Source: an uncultured Chloroflexia bacterium
GTDB lineage: Bacteria; Chloroflexota; Dehalococcoidia; UBA2979
Assembly (NCBI GenBank): GCA_963728205.1
Contig: CAVSIV010000001.1
Location: 1,088,001 to 1,152,000 of the forward strand
Length of the DNA stretch: 64,000 nt
Direction: 5' to 3'
How positions within the stretch are numbered: the first letter of the stretch is position 1; the number at the start of each line of letters is the position of its first letter. This document shows positions 8,620 through 18,248 of this stretch, in pieces. Under the pieces are notes generated by a model that did not search any database, was not told the origin of the DNA, and worked only from the letters and a program-made list of their open reading frames with translations. A program made the translations under genes and the position numbers.

Positions 8620-9255
8620 ATGCACCTGCTCCTCACCGGCTTCGAGCCGTTCGGCGGCGAGGCGGTCAACCCGTCGGGCGAGATCGTGCGGCTGCTCGCC
8701 GCCGACCCGCCGGCGGGTGTGACGGTGACGCCGCTCGTGCTCCCGGTGCGCGGTCGCATCTCGTTCGAGCGGCTGCTGCCGGCGCTCGGCGGTGACGTCG
8801 ATGCGTGGCTCGGGCTCGGGCAGGCCGGCGGACGGGCGCACCTCTCGTTGGAGCGCGTCGGCATCAACCTGCTCGTCGACCGCGGCGAGGCGCGCCCCGA
8901 CGAGAGCGCCGGGCCGGTCGAACAGGCGCTCGTCGACGACGGGCCGGCGGCGTACTTCGCGCGACTGCCGGTCGGGGAGATCGCCGCGCGTATGAGTGCG
9001 GCCGGCGCGCCGACTGCGGTTTCGAACACCGCCGGCGCCTACATCTGCAACGAGGTGCTGTACGTCGTGCAGCACCACCTCGCGATGACCGGCCGCGACC
9101 TGCCGAGCGGCTTCATCCATCTGCCGTACCTGCCCGAGCAGGTCGCGGGGAAGCCGCCCGGCACGGCGTCGATGGCGCTCGCGACGCAGGTGGTCGGGGT
9201 GCGTGCGGCGGCTGCGGCGATCGCCGAGCGAGCCGCCGCGGGGTATGCGTCATGA
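8620..9255 (+). CDS. pcp: Pyroglutamyl-peptidase I
   Basis: LLTGFEPFGG, NPS, LGQAGG, SNTAGAYICN (catalytic Cys), GFIHLP motifs. Confidence 0.93.
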   Translation: MHLLLTGFEPFGGEAVNPSGEIVRLLAADPPAGVTVTPLVLPVRGRISFERLLPALGGDVDAWLGLGQAGGRAHLSLERVGINLLVDRGEARPDESAGPVEQALVDDGPAAYFARLPVGEIAARMSAAGAPTAVSNTAGAYICNEVLYVVQHHLAMTGRDLPSGFIHLPYLPEQVAGKPPGTASMALATQVVGVRAAAAAIAERAAAGYAS

Positions 9256-10322
9256 TCCTCCGGGCCGGCCACGAGATGACGCTGCCAATCCCGCAGACCA
9301 CGGCTGAGTTCACGCCTGCCTGGCTGGATGCCGCGCTCATGGAGGCGGGCGTCGCCGCTCCGCCGGTCCGCGCGCTCGCGTTCGAGCGGCTGCCGAGCAT
9401 CACGTCGGACGTCGCGCGCGTCCGCATCGAGTACGCGGCGGAGATGCACGGCGCGCCGTCGTCGCTGATCTGGAAGCGCTCGGCCGGCGACCGTGACCGA
9501 CGTCTCGCGTTCGGCGCGTCGTACGCGCAAGAGGTGATGTTCTACCGCGAGTTGGCGCCAGAGCTGCCGATCCGGCTGCCGGGCTGCCTCTGCGCGGACG
9601 TCGATCCAGTCAGTGGAGCGCACGTACTGCTGCTGGAAGACCTCGTGGACTGGCGAGCGACGTCTGCCGGGTCCGCGGTGACGCGGGACGAGGCGCAGCG
9701 GTTTGTGCGGGCCGTCGCGGGACTTCACGCAACGCGATGGGGCGAGGCGCCGGCGCCGCGAGCGACGGACCTCGCGCGCTGGGCTGCGTTCAACCGGGGA
9801 CAGCTCGCATCGGGCATGGAGTACCTGGACGCGTTTCTCGATGAAGAGACCCGACCCCTCGTCGCGCGCTTCGACGCGCGTGTGGACGAGGTGCTGGCGG
9901 GCTTGTTCGCCGCACCGCAGACGCTCACTCACGGAGATGCCCACCCCGGGAACGCGCTCTTCGAGCCGCGGCGCGGCGGCGACGTCGCGCTCGTCGACTG
10001 GCAGGGGTGGGGGTCGGGTATCGGCTGCTCCGAGGTCGCGCGGTTTCTTGTGCTCGGTCTCGCGCCAGCCGATCGTCGGGCAGCCGAGCGCGAGCTGGTC
10101 GACGAGTATGTCGCCGCGCTTTCGGCGGGCGGCGTCACGTACGCACCGGAGGACGCGTGGCGGCACTACTGCCTCGGTGTCGCGTGGCAGTGGGGCTGGG
10201 CGGTGAACTTCTCCCGCCACCGCGCGAACTGGAGCGACGAGACGCACGCGCTGATGCGCGACCTCGTGCCGCGCGCCGTGGAAGCGCTGCGCGACGCGGC
10301 CCGTACCGGCCTGCTCGACTAG
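9252..10322 (+). CDS. APH/ecdysteroid-kinase-like phosphotransferase
   Basis: EVMFYRE, LLLEDL, TLTHGDAHPGN, LVDWQ motifs. Confidence 0.8.
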   Translation: MILRAGHEMTLPIPQTTAEFTPAWLDAALMEAGVAAPPVRALAFERLPSITSDVARVRIEYAAEMHGAPSSLIWKRSAGDRDRRLAFGASYAQEVMFYRELAPELPIRLPGCLCADVDPVSGAHVLLLEDLVDWRATSAGSAVTRDEAQRFVRAVAGLHATRWGEAPAPRATDLARWAAFNRGQLASGMEYLDAFLDEETRPLVARFDARVDEVLAGLFAAPQTLTHGDAHPGNALFEPRRGGDVALVDWQGWGSGIGCSEVARFLVLGLAPADRRAAERELVDEYVAALSAGGVTYAPEDAWRHYCLGVAWQWGWAVNFSRHRANWSDETHALMRDLVPRAVEALRDAARTGLLD

Positions 10323-10332
10323 ACTCGCGCGC

Positions 10333-11136
10333 ATGCCGGGGGAGCCCACCACCGCCGAGATGCTCGCCTTCGCGCTCGACCTCGCCGACGAGGCCGACCA
10401 CCTGACGACGCAGTACTACCGCGGCGACGCCGACGTGCAGGCGAAGGCCGACGGCACGCTGGTGACGCGCGCCGACAGGGACGCCGAGGCCTACCTGCGG
10501 CAGCGCATCCTCGGGCGCTTTCCGGACCACGCGATCCTCGGGGAGGAGGAAGGGTTCCGACCCGGCGCGGCGGGGTCGGCGCGCTGGATCCTCGACCCCG
10601 TGGACGGCACCCACAACTTCGCGCGCGGTATCCCCGTGTGGGCGACGCTGATCGCGTTCGAGCGCGACGGCGCGCTCGAGATCGGGGTGGCGTCCGCGCC
10701 GGCGCTCGGCACGCGCTGGTGGGCCGGCCGCGGCATGGGTGCCTACCGCGCGAGCCTGCCGGCCGGCGCCGAGGCGGGCGAGCGCATCCACGTGTCGGCG
10801 ATCGCCGCGGTCGAGGAGGCACAGGTCCTCTACGGGTCGTACCGGCTCACGCTCGACTCGTGGGGCGGCCGCGCCGACGGCCTGCTACGTCGCGCCTGGC
10901 GCCAGCGCGGGTTCGGCGACTTCTGGTCGCACTGCCTGGTGGCGGAGGGATCGGCCGAGGTGATGCTCGAGGGCCAGATCAGCCCCTGGGACATCGCTGC
11001 GCTGATCGTGATCGTCGAGGAGGCGGGCGGGCGGCTCACGGATCTCGCGGGGACGGCCACGATCGACGCCGGCCACTGCATCACCACGAACGGCACGCTG
11101 CACGATGAGGTGCTGCGTACGCTGAAGGGCGTGTGA
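10333..11136 (+). CDS. hisN: Histidinol-phosphatase, inositol-monophosphatase family
   Basis: ILGEE, WILDPVDGTHNFARGIPVWATLIA, RGFGDFW, WDIAA motifs; his-cluster context. Confidence 0.85.
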   Translation: MPGEPTTAEMLAFALDLADEADHLTTQYYRGDADVQAKADGTLVTRADRDAEAYLRQRILGRFPDHAILGEEEGFRPGAAGSARWILDPVDGTHNFARGIPVWATLIAFERDGALEIGVASAPALGTRWWAGRGMGAYRASLPAGAEAGERIHVSAIAAVEEAQVLYGSYRLTLDSWGGRADGLLRRAWRQRGFGDFWSHCLVAEGSAEVMLEGQISPWDIAALIVIVEEAGGRLTDLAGTATIDAGHCITTNGTLHDEVLRTLKGV

Positions 11137-11145
11137 CCGTCGTTC

Positions 11146-11337
11146 TCACACGTTAGGCGCGTGCCACCGCTTCCACGCAAGCACTGCAAACGTCACCACC
11201 GTCGCGGCCCAGGTGATGCCGAGCGCGAGAGACACGCCATGGCCCACGGAGAGGCTGTCGTAGTCGAGCACCTCCACCAGCACGGTGGCGAATCCGAGCA
11301 CGGTGGCGAGCAAACCCGCGAGGACGATGCCACGCAT
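11146..11337 (-). CDS. Small two-TM membrane protein
   Basis: 63 aa with two hydrophobic stretches; start overlaps the purS stop (TGATG). Confidence 0.55.
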   Translation of the reverse strand: MRGIVLAGLLATVLGFATVLVEVLDYDSLSVGHGVSLALGITWAATVVTFAVLAWKRWHAPNV

Positions 11338-11603
11338 CAGCCTGTCGTGGCCGCCTCCCGCACCTCGAACGCGAACGTCTCGATCACGGGGTTCGCGAGC
11401 AGTTTCTCGCACATGCCGCGCACCGCGTCCTCCGCGGCGCCCCGGTCCGCGGCCTCGACGGTGATCTCGATGCGCTTGCCGACGCGGACGGCCTGCACGC
11501 CGGCGAAGCCGAGGTTGTGCAGGCCGTCGCGCACCGCCAGCCCCTGGGGGTCGTTCACCAGCGGCTTCAGCATCACGTTGATCTGCGCGTGGTACGTGGC
11601 CAC
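11337..11603 (-). CDS. purS: FGAM synthase subunit PurS
   Basis: LKPLVNDPQG, VRVGK, MCEKLLANPVIE motifs. Confidence 0.95.
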   Translation of the reverse strand: MATYHAQINVMLKPLVNDPQGLAVRDGLHNLGFAGVQAVRVGKRIEITVEAADRGAAEDAVRGMCEKLLANPVIETFAFEVREAATTG

Positions 11604-11621
11604 TGGGACTCCTTGGTGCAG

Positions 11622-11700
11622 GCCCTTCGACTTCGCTCAGGGCGAACGGAGAGCGGCGTACTGGATGGTGCGCTCGTCCTTCGGCTTCGCAGGACGAGCG
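11622..11700. repeat. REP-like family C hairpins (CCCTTCGACTTCGCTCAGGGCGAACGG and a degenerate partner)
   Basis: Intergenic imperfect hairpins at 11622-11649 and 11671-11700, resembling the widespread CCCTTCGAC..CTCAGGG repeat. Confidence 0.55.
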
Positions 11701-11712
11701 GGGGGAGAGCGC

Positions 11713-12618
11713 CTAGGGCAGCTCCGACCCCGTCAGCAGCCGGTACGCCTCGCTGTAGCGCTGCGTCATCGCGCTTACGACGTCGTCCGGCAGCTCCGGT
11801 CCCGGCGGCTGCTTGTTCCAGTCGAGGCCGTCGAGCCAGTCGCGCAGCGGCTGCTTGTCGAACGACGGCTGGTCCTCGCCCGGCTTGAAGCCATCGGCCG
11901 GCCAGAAGCGCGACGAGTCGGGCGTCAGCACCTCGTCGATCAGCGTGATCTCGCCGTCGAGCATGCCGAACTCGAACTTGGTGTCCGCGATCAGGATGCC
12001 GCGCTCGCGGGCCACCTCGGCGCCGTAGCGGTAGAGCGCAAGCGAGCGGAGCTTGAGCACGTTCGCCTGGTCGGCGCCGAAGGCGGCCTCGACCTCCTCG
12101 AAGGTCATCGGCGCGTCGTGCTCGGGCGGCTCGGCCTTCGACGTCGGCGTGAAGATCGGCTCGAAGAGCTGCTGGCTCTTCACCAGGCCGGCCGGCAGCG
12201 GGATGCCGCAGACGGAGCCGACCTTCTGGTACTCGCTCCAGCCGGACCCCGTGATGTACCCGCGGACGACGCACTCGACCTTCAGCACGTCGGCCTTGCG
12301 CATCACCATCGAGCGTCCGAAGTACGCCGGGTCCTCGACGCCGAACTCCTTCGCGTTTTCGCGGTCGAGCACGGCGACGAACGCGTTCGGGACGACATCC
12401 TTCGTGCGCTCGTACCAGAAGGCGGAGAGGCGCGTCAGGACCTCGCCCTTGCGCGGGACGCCGGTCGGGAGGACGACGTCGAAGGCGGAAGCGCGGTCGG
12501 TGGCGACGAGGAGCAGGCGGTCGCCGGGCAGCTCGTAGATGTCGCGCACCTTGCCGGAGTGGAGCTGCTTGAGCCCCGGGATGGCGGTGGTCATCACGAC
12601 ATCGGTCGACGTTGGCAT
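11713..12618 (-). CDS. purC: SAICAR synthetase
   Basis: SGKVRDIY, ATDRASAFD, ECVVRGY, ADTKFEFG, DEVLTPDSSRFW, DKQPLR motifs. Confidence 0.97.
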   Translation of the reverse strand: MPTSTDVVMTTAIPGLKQLHSGKVRDIYELPGDRLLLVATDRASAFDVVLPTGVPRKGEVLTRLSAFWYERTKDVVPNAFVAVLDRENAKEFGVEDPAYFGRSMVMRKADVLKVECVVRGYITGSGWSEYQKVGSVCGIPLPAGLVKSQQLFEPIFTPTSKAEPPEHDAPMTFEEVEAAFGADQANVLKLRSLALYRYGAEVARERGILIADTKFEFGMLDGEITLIDEVLTPDSSRFWPADGFKPGEDQPSFDKQPLRDWLDGLDWNKQPPGPELPDDVVSAMTQRYSEAYRLLTGSELP

Positions 12619-12681
12619 TGGGCGGTCTCCTCTTGAATCAGATCGGCACCCTGCCTGGTGCCGCTCGAAAGGTGGCGATCC

Positions 12682-13983
12682 TTACTCCAGCAGGCCCAGC
12701 CGCCGGTACGACGCGTCGACGTGCACCAGGAACGCGCGCGCGTCGAAGAGCGCGTCGAGCTGCTCCTCCGTCAGCCGGCCCATCACGTTGGGGTCCTTCG
12801 CCAGCAGGGTGCGCAGCGGGACTTCGTCGTGCCACGCCTGCATCGAGTTGCGCTGCACGATCTTGTACGCGGCCTCGCGGGTCAGGCCCGTCTCGATCAG
12901 CGCGAGCAGCACCTTCGACGAGAAGATCAGGCCCTGCGTGCGCTCGAGGTTGCGAATCATGCGCTCGGGGTAGACGACGAGGCCGTCCATCACCCCGGTG
13001 AAGATGTGCAGCATGTACGCGAGCAGGCCCGTGGCGTCGGGCAGGATGATGCGCTCGGCGCCGGAGTGCGAGATGTCGCGCTCGTGCCACAGCGCGACAT
13101 CCTCGAGGCCGGTGGTGGCGTAGCCGCGCAGCGTGCGCGCGAGGCCGCAGACGCGCTCGCACAGCTCCGGGTTGCGCTTGTGCGGCATCGACGACGAGCC
13201 GGTCTGCGCGCCCTCGGCGAACGGCTCCTCGGCCTCGAGGATCTCCGTGCGCTGCAGGCCGCGGATCTCGGTCGCGAACTTCTCGAGCGACGCGGCGACG
13301 CCGGCCAGCACGCTCAGGTAGTAGGCGTGGCGGTCGCGCTGGATGATCTGCGTGGTGACGGGCGCGACGGCGAGCCCGAGGCGCTTGCAGGCGTTCTCCT
13401 CGACCGCGGGCGGCACGGTGGCGTGCGTGCCGACCGGCCCCGACATCTGGCCGACGGCGATGTGCTCGCGCGCCTGCGCGAGCCGCTCCAGGTGACGGCG
13501 CAGCTCGTCGACCCAGATCAGCAGCTTCATGCCGAAGGTCGTCGGCTCCGCGTGCACGCCGTGCGTGCGGCCGATGCAGAGCGTCTCGCGGTGCTCGACC
13601 GCGCGGCGGATGACGACGTCGCGCAGCGTGCGGACCTGCGCGATGAGCAGGTCGATGGCGTCGATCATCTGCAGGCACGTCGCCGTGTCCCAGACGTCGT
13701 TGCTGGTGAGCCCGTAGTGGACCCAGCGCGACTCGTCGCCGAGCGAGTCGGCGACCGACCGCAGGAAAGCGGTGACGTCGTGATGGGTCTCGTCGATGTA
13801 CCGCATGATGTCGGGCACGTTGATGCGGGCGTGGTCGCGCACCTTGCGGGCGTCGTCGGCCGGCACGATGCCGGCGTCGGCCCAGGCCTCGACGACGGCG
13901 ATCTCGACGCGGAGCCACGTTTCGAACTTCCGCTCGTCGGACCAGACGGCGGTCATCTCGGGGCGCGAATAGCGGGGGATCAC
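12682..13983 (-). CDS. purB: Adenylosuccinate lyase
   Basis: [10 protein letters not shown] start; [14 protein letters not shown]; [11 protein letters not shown] signature; WHERDISHS. Confidence 0.97.
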   Translation of the reverse strand: MIPRYSRPEMTAVWSDERKFETWLRVEIAVVEAWADAGIVPADDARKVRDHARINVPDIMRYIDETHHDVTAFLRSVADSLGDESRWVHYGLTSNDVWDTATCLQMIDAIDLLIAQVRTLRDVVIRRAVEHRETLCIGRTHGVHAEPTTFGMKLLIWVDELRRHLERLAQAREHIAVGQMSGPVGTHATVPPAVEENACKRLGLAVAPVTTQIIQRDRHAYYLSVLAGVAASLEKFATEIRGLQRTEILEAEEPFAEGAQTGSSSMPHKRNPELCERVCGLARTLRGYATTGLEDVALWHERDISHSGAERIILPDATGLLAYMLHIFTGVMDGLVVYPERMIRNLERTQGLIFSSKVLLALIETGLTREAAYKIVQRNSMQAWHDEVPLRTLLAKDPNVMGRLTEEQLDALFDARAFLVHVDASYRRLGLLE

Positions 13984-14080
13984 GGGCGCACCTCGGCCGC
14001 GCGGCCGTCGTTCCAGAGGGGGAGGGAGCTTGGTGGGCGCTTCACCCGGGGAGTCTAACGACGGCCGGGAAGGCGGGCAA

Positions 14081-14102
14081 TTGCACGGGCGCCGACGTGC
14101 AA
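14081..14102. promoter_or_regulatory. Inverted repeat TTGCACG-N8-CGTGCAA upstream of the TA operon (candidate autorepression operator)
   Basis: Perfect 7-bp arms in the purB/TA divergent region. Confidence 0.4.
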
Positions 14103-14175
14103 TACTGCTGGTGCGGCCGCTAAGCGGATCCACTAAACTGCTTGTCGACACGCGGTGACGACCGAGGAGTGCGAG

Positions 14176-14418
14176 ATGGCACAGCGCGTCGTCGTGAGCT
14201 CTCGCAACCAGATCGCGGTCCCGTCGGCGGTCCGGCGGCAACTGGGCATCAAAAGCGGCGACCGGCTGCTCGTCGAAGTGCGTGATGGCTACGCGATCCT
14301 GATGCCGGAGCCCGCGCACTACAGCGAGCACCTCCGTGGGCTGCACGCCGACGTCTGGGCGGGCGTCGAGCCGCAGGCGTACGTGGTTCGCGAGCGTGAA
14401 GCGTGGCCGAAGGACTAG
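14176..14418 (+). CDS. AbrB/MazE/SpoVT-family antitoxin
   Basis: VSSRNQIAVPSAVRRQLGIKSGDRL swapped-hairpin motif; overlaps the downstream PIN gene. Confidence 0.88.
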   Translation: MAQRVVVSSRNQIAVPSAVRRQLGIKSGDRLLVEVRDGYAILMPEPAHYSEHLRGLHADVWAGVEPQAYVVREREAWPKD

Positions 14419-14852
14419 CGGACGTTCTCGGCGGCCACGGTCGCGTTGGCATCGACACGGCGATCTTCATCTACCGGCTCGAAGGGCACTCGCGCCTGGC
14501 GTCGGTCGCCGGTGAGGCGCTGACGACGATGGAGGCGGGCCGCTTCGAGGGCATCACCTCTTCGTTGACGCTGATGGAGCTCGCGGTGCGTCCGCTCGCG
14601 CTCGGCCGGCCGGATGTCGCCGACGAGTACGACGTGCTGCTCGCGAACTTCCCGCACCTGTTGATGGTCGACGTCGATCGTCGCGTCGCGCGCCGGGCGG
14701 CCGAGCTCCGAGCCGCGCATCGACTGCGCCCCGCAGACGCGCTGCAGGTCGCGGCGTGCATCGACGTCGGAGCGACCGCGTTCCTCACGAACAATCGCGA
14801 CCTCCGGCGGATCGACGAGGTCGAGGTGCTGCTGCTCTCGGCGTACGTCTGA
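14403..14852 (+). CDS. vapC: PIN-domain VapC-type toxin
   Basis: GIDTAIFIY, TLMEL, LRPADALQVA, FLTNN..L PIN motifs. Confidence 0.88.
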   Translation: MAEGLADVLGGHGRVGIDTAIFIYRLEGHSRLASVAGEALTTMEAGRFEGITSSLTLMELAVRPLALGRPDVADEYDVLLANFPHLLMVDVDRRVARRAAELRAAHRLRPADALQVAACIDVGATAFLTNNRDLRRIDEVEVLLLSAYV

Positions 14853-14868
14853 CTCCTGACCGGGCCCT

Positions 14869-15207
14869 TCAGTCGTTCGCGAACTCCTCGCGCACCGGCG
14901 AGAACACCTCGACCAGGCGGACGGCGTCGATCGCGCGGACATAATGCGACGCGTCGCCCGGGATCAGGTACGAATCGCCCGGGCCGAGCTCCGTCTCGAC
15001 GTCGCCGATGCGCATGTGCACGCGGCCCGCGTCGACGGTGCCGGCCTGCTCGTGCACGTGCGTGTGCTCGGGGACCTCGGCGCCTGGGCTGAGCGTGACC
15101 TCGACGAGCGTGAGGTTCGCGCCCGAGACGAGCGTGCGCCGCACGACGCCGGGGAACATGTCGACGGGGCGGGTGTCGGCGTACGGGCGGGTTCGGGGCT
15201 CGGGCAT
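14869..15207 (-). CDS. Cupin-domain protein
   Basis: PEHTHVHEQAG and LGPGDSYLIPGDASHYV cupin motifs. Confidence 0.85.
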   Translation of the reverse strand: MPEPRTRPYADTRPVDMFPGVVRRTLVSGANLTLVEVTLSPGAEVPEHTHVHEQAGTVDAGRVHMRIGDVETELGPGDSYLIPGDASHYVRAIDAVRLVEVFSPVREEFAND

Positions 15208-15227
15208 CACGGCGCTCCGCTCATGCG

Positions 15228-15911
15228 CTACTTCGCCTGGATGTCGACGCTCGCCTGGGCAACGACGCTCCCGTCGCGCGGGCTCGTGAACGAGGCAATC
15301 ACGCGCAGCCTCGGCGGCGCCCCGGTGGGGAGGTCGATCGTCGTCGACCACCAGCCCGGCATGCCGACGTCGGTGGCGATGTAGGTCAGCGGCTCGGAGA
15401 CGAGCGCCGGATCGGCCACGGTGCCGTCGGCGTTCACGGCGCGCACCTCGACGAGGACGTGGCTCTCGAACGAGCCGCCCGCGAACCCCCGCACCTCGAG
15501 TGGCGTGCCGGCCGGGAGCACGGCCCCCGGCGCCGGCGCGTCGATGCAGACGAACGGCTTGTCGACCTGCTCGGCCCACGGGTGATCCGCGGCGCAGGAC
15601 TGCGCGTAGCCCGCGGGCGGCGTCGGGCCGGCGGGCGCGGTCGCGGACGGCAGCGGCGGAAGCGTCGCAACGGCCGACGGCGTCGCTGTCGCCGTCTTCA
15701 CGGGCGTCGCGGTCCTGGTGCTCGGGGCCGTCGCGGTGGCGGTCGACGGCGCCGTCGGCGCGACCGTGGCCGGCGCGGTCGCCGTCGGCGTCGAGCCGCC
15801 GCCGCTGCACGCGGCGAGGAAGAGGAAGGCGGCGCCGACCGCGAGCGCGGCTGCCCGGGATCGCCTGCGCGGGTGGGTCACGGTGGACTCGCTCTCGTGC
15901 GGCGCCGCCAT
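15228..15911 (-). CDS. Lipoprotein with T/A/P-rich linker and C-terminal Ig-like (Gmad2-like) domain
   Basis: Lipobox LAAC; GSFESHV and FTSPRDG motifs. Confidence 0.65.
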   Translation of the reverse strand: MAAPHESESTVTHPRRRSRAAALAVGAAFLFLAACSGGGSTPTATAPATVAPTAPSTATATAPSTRTATPVKTATATPSAVATLPPLPSATAPAGPTPPAGYAQSCAADHPWAEQVDKPFVCIDAPAPGAVLPAGTPLEVRGFAGGSFESHVLVEVRAVNADGTVADPALVSEPLTYIATDVGMPGWWSTTIDLPTGAPPRLRVIASFTSPRDGSVVAQASVDIQAK

Positions 15912-15924
15912 CGCCTCGGGGTGG

Positions 15925-16395
15925 CTATCGGTTGCGCTGCTCCTCACGGTACGTCTCGAGCGCCGCCGCGACGTCGGCGTGCTTGAGCGCGAGGATCTCG
16001 GCGGCGAACACCGCGGCGTTGCGCGCGCCCCATGACCCGACCGACATGCACGCGACGGGGACGCCCGGCGGCATCTGCACGATCGAGTGGAGCGCGTCGA
16101 CCCCGCCCAGCGGCGACGACGCGAGCGGCACGCCGAGCACCGGCAGCGACGTGTACGCCGCGCACACGCCCGGGAGGGCGGCCGCGCCGCCGGCCCCGGC
16201 GACGATGATCTCGAAGCCGCGGTCCTTCGCGTTGCGCATGAACTCCGCGACCTTGTCGGGCGTGCGGTGGGCCGACATGATCTGCTGCTCATAAGGGATG
16301 CCGAGGCGCTGCAGCAGCTCGCCGCAGCCCGACATCGCCTCCTCGTCCGACTTCGAGCCCATCACGATCGCCACCAGGGGTGTGCCCGTCGTCAT
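15925..16395 (-). CDS. purE: N5-CAIR mutase
   Basis: IVMGSKSD, SAHRTP, AGAGGAAALPG, SIVQMPPGVPV motifs. Confidence 0.97.
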   Translation of the reverse strand: MTTGTPLVAIVMGSKSDEEAMSGCGELLQRLGIPYEQQIMSAHRTPDKVAEFMRNAKDRGFEIIVAGAGGAAALPGVCAAYTSLPVLGVPLASSPLGGVDALHSIVQMPPGVPVACMSVGSWGARNAAVFAAEILALKHADVAAALETYREEQRNR

Positions 16396-16415
16396 CGGTA
16401 CTCCATTCTGCTCCC

Positions 16416-16508
16416 GGCGAGCGGAGCGCCTTGGGGGGCGTTCCGACTGCGCACCGTTGTTCGCTCAGTCACCGGCCGAGTCGGAAGGCGGCACGCCTTC
16501 CGCTCGCC
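16416..16508. repeat. REP family B inverted doublet (REPIN-like)
   Basis: 16478-16508 GAGTCGGAAGGCGGCACGCCTTCCGCTCGCC matches the RAYT flanks; degenerate inverted partner at 16416-16448. Confidence 0.8.
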
Positions 16509-16533
16509 CGGATGTGCGGACGCGAGGCGCATG

Positions 16534-16962
16534 TTAGAACCGCGGCGCCATCGGGTCCGGGCCCAGCAGCAGCGTCGCGTAGCGGCGCGCGACGTGGTGG
16601 CGCTCGTGCAGGTCGCCGAACAGCGCGGCGCGGCCGCGCGACGGCTCGTCCTCCGCGGCGCGCGGCGCGACCTCGTGCGCGAACTCGCGGGCCGTCGCCT
16701 CCAGCTCGCCGCGCACCGGGTCGATCCACTCCTGCGGGATCTCCGTCGGCCGGACGTTGCGGATCACGAACTCGCGGTCGCCGGTCAGCGCGAACATGAC
16801 CGCCTCGGCCATCGGGCCGTGGGCGCCGCCCCACTCGGTGATGTAGTGCAGGCACGGCAGCTCGGCCGGCTGTTCGGGGAACGGGGGCAGCGCGTCGAGG
16901 TCGATGCGGCGCCGGCACTCCGGCATCGGGCAGCGCACTTCGGTCGTCATGCCGACGATCAT
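16534..16962 (-). CDS. Hypothetical protein with CPMPEC...CLH putative Zn ligands
   Basis: ATGA-coupled to purD; GC3-rich codon pattern. Confidence 0.6.
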   Translation of the reverse strand: MIVGMTTEVRCPMPECRRRIDLDALPPFPEQPAELPCLHYITEWGGAHGPMAEAVMFALTGDREFVIRNVRPTEIPQEWIDPVRGELEATAREFAHEVAPRAAEDEPSRGRAALFGDLHERHHVARRYATLLLGPDPMAPRF

Positions 16963-18248
16963 CGCACCTGGATGCTGGCCTCGAGCGGCTCGGCCGCCCG
17001 CGCCGCGATGTCCGTCCGGTAGTGCGCGCCCTCGAACGAGATGCGGCGCACGTTGTCGTAGACCCGCTCGCGCGCCTCGTCGATGGTCGCGCCGCGCGCG
17101 ACCACGCACAGCACGCGGCCGCCCGCCGTCACGACCCGGTCGCCATCGCGCTTCGCGCCGGCGATGAAGACCTGCACGTCGTCGTCGACGGCGTCGATGC
17201 CCGTAATCGGCTTGCCCGTCTCGTACGCGCCCGGGTACCCGCCGGACGCCATCATCACGCCGACGGTCGCGACGTCCTCCCACTCGACGGGCACCTCCGC
17301 GAGGCGGCCGTCGGCGACGGCGTCGCAGATGGCGAGGAAGTCCGTGGTGAGCCTCGGCAGCAGCGCCTCGGTCTCGGGGTCGCCCAGGCGGCAGTTGAAC
17401 TCGACGACGCGCGGGCCGTCGGCGGTGATCATCATCCCGGGGTAGATCACGCCGCGGTACGGGCGTCCCGCGTCGCCCATCGCGCGCACGACGCGCTCGG
17501 TGACCTGCACGCGGATGCGCGTCGCGGTCGCGCCGTCGAGCCACGGCGGCGGCGAATACACGCCCATGCCCCCGGTGTTCGGGCCCCGGTCGCCGTCGAA
17601 GACCGGCTTGTGGTCGCAGGAGAACGGCATGTGCCGGATCGTCGTGCCGTCGGTGAACGCGAGCGCCGACGTCTCGCGGCCGAACATGCGCTCCTCGATC
17701 ACGACGCTGTTACCGGCGTCGCCGAACGCGCGCGCGATCATCGCGGCGTCGATCGCGGCGATCGCCTGGTCGACGTCGTCGCACACCGTCACGCCCTTGC
17801 CGGCCGCGAGCCCGTTCGCCTTGACCACCACCTGGTACCCGGCGCGTCGGACGTACTCCTTCGCGTCGTCGGGGTCGTCGAACGCGCGCGACTCGGAGGT
17901 CGCGATCCCGGCGTCCGCCATCAGCTGCTTCGCGAAGGTCTTCGAGCCCTCGAGCTCCGCGGCGGCGGCGTTCGGACCGAACGCGCGGAAGCCCTCCGCC
18001 TCGAGGCGGTCGACGACGCCCGCCGCGAGCGGGTCCTCGGGGCCGACAATCACGAGGTCCGCGCGGATGCGCCCGGCGAGCGCGACGACGCCGTCGAGGT
18101 CCGAGGCGTTGACGTGCACGTTCTCGCCGAAGTCGTGGGTGCCGGCGTTGCCTGGGGCGATCCAGAGTTTCGCGAGGTCGGGTGACTGCGCGAGCTTCCA
18201 CGCCATCGCGTGCTCGCGCGCCCCGCTGCCGAGGAGGAGGACGTTCAT
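16959..18248 (-). CDS. purD: Phosphoribosylamine--glycine ligase
   Basis: [45 protein letters not shown] motifs. Confidence 0.97.
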   Translation of the reverse strand: MNVLLLGSGAREHAMAWKLAQSPDLAKLWIAPGNAGTHDFGENVHVNASDLDGVVALAGRIRADLVIVGPEDPLAAGVVDRLEAEGFRAFGPNAAAAELEGSKTFAKQLMADAGIATSESRAFDDPDDAKEYVRRAGYQVVVKANGLAAGKGVTVCDDVDQAIAAIDAAMIARAFGDAGNSVVIEERMFGRETSALAFTDGTTIRHMPFSCDHKPVFDGDRGPNTGGMGVYSPPPWLDGATATRIRVQVTERVVRAMGDAGRPYRGVIYPGMMITADGPRVVEFNCRLGDPETEALLPRLTTDFLAICDAVADGRLAEVPVEWEDVATVGVMMASGGYPGAYETGKPITGIDAVDDDVQVFIAGAKRDGDRVVTAGGRVLCVVARGATIDEARERVYDNVRRISFEGAHYRTDIAARAAEPLEASIQVR

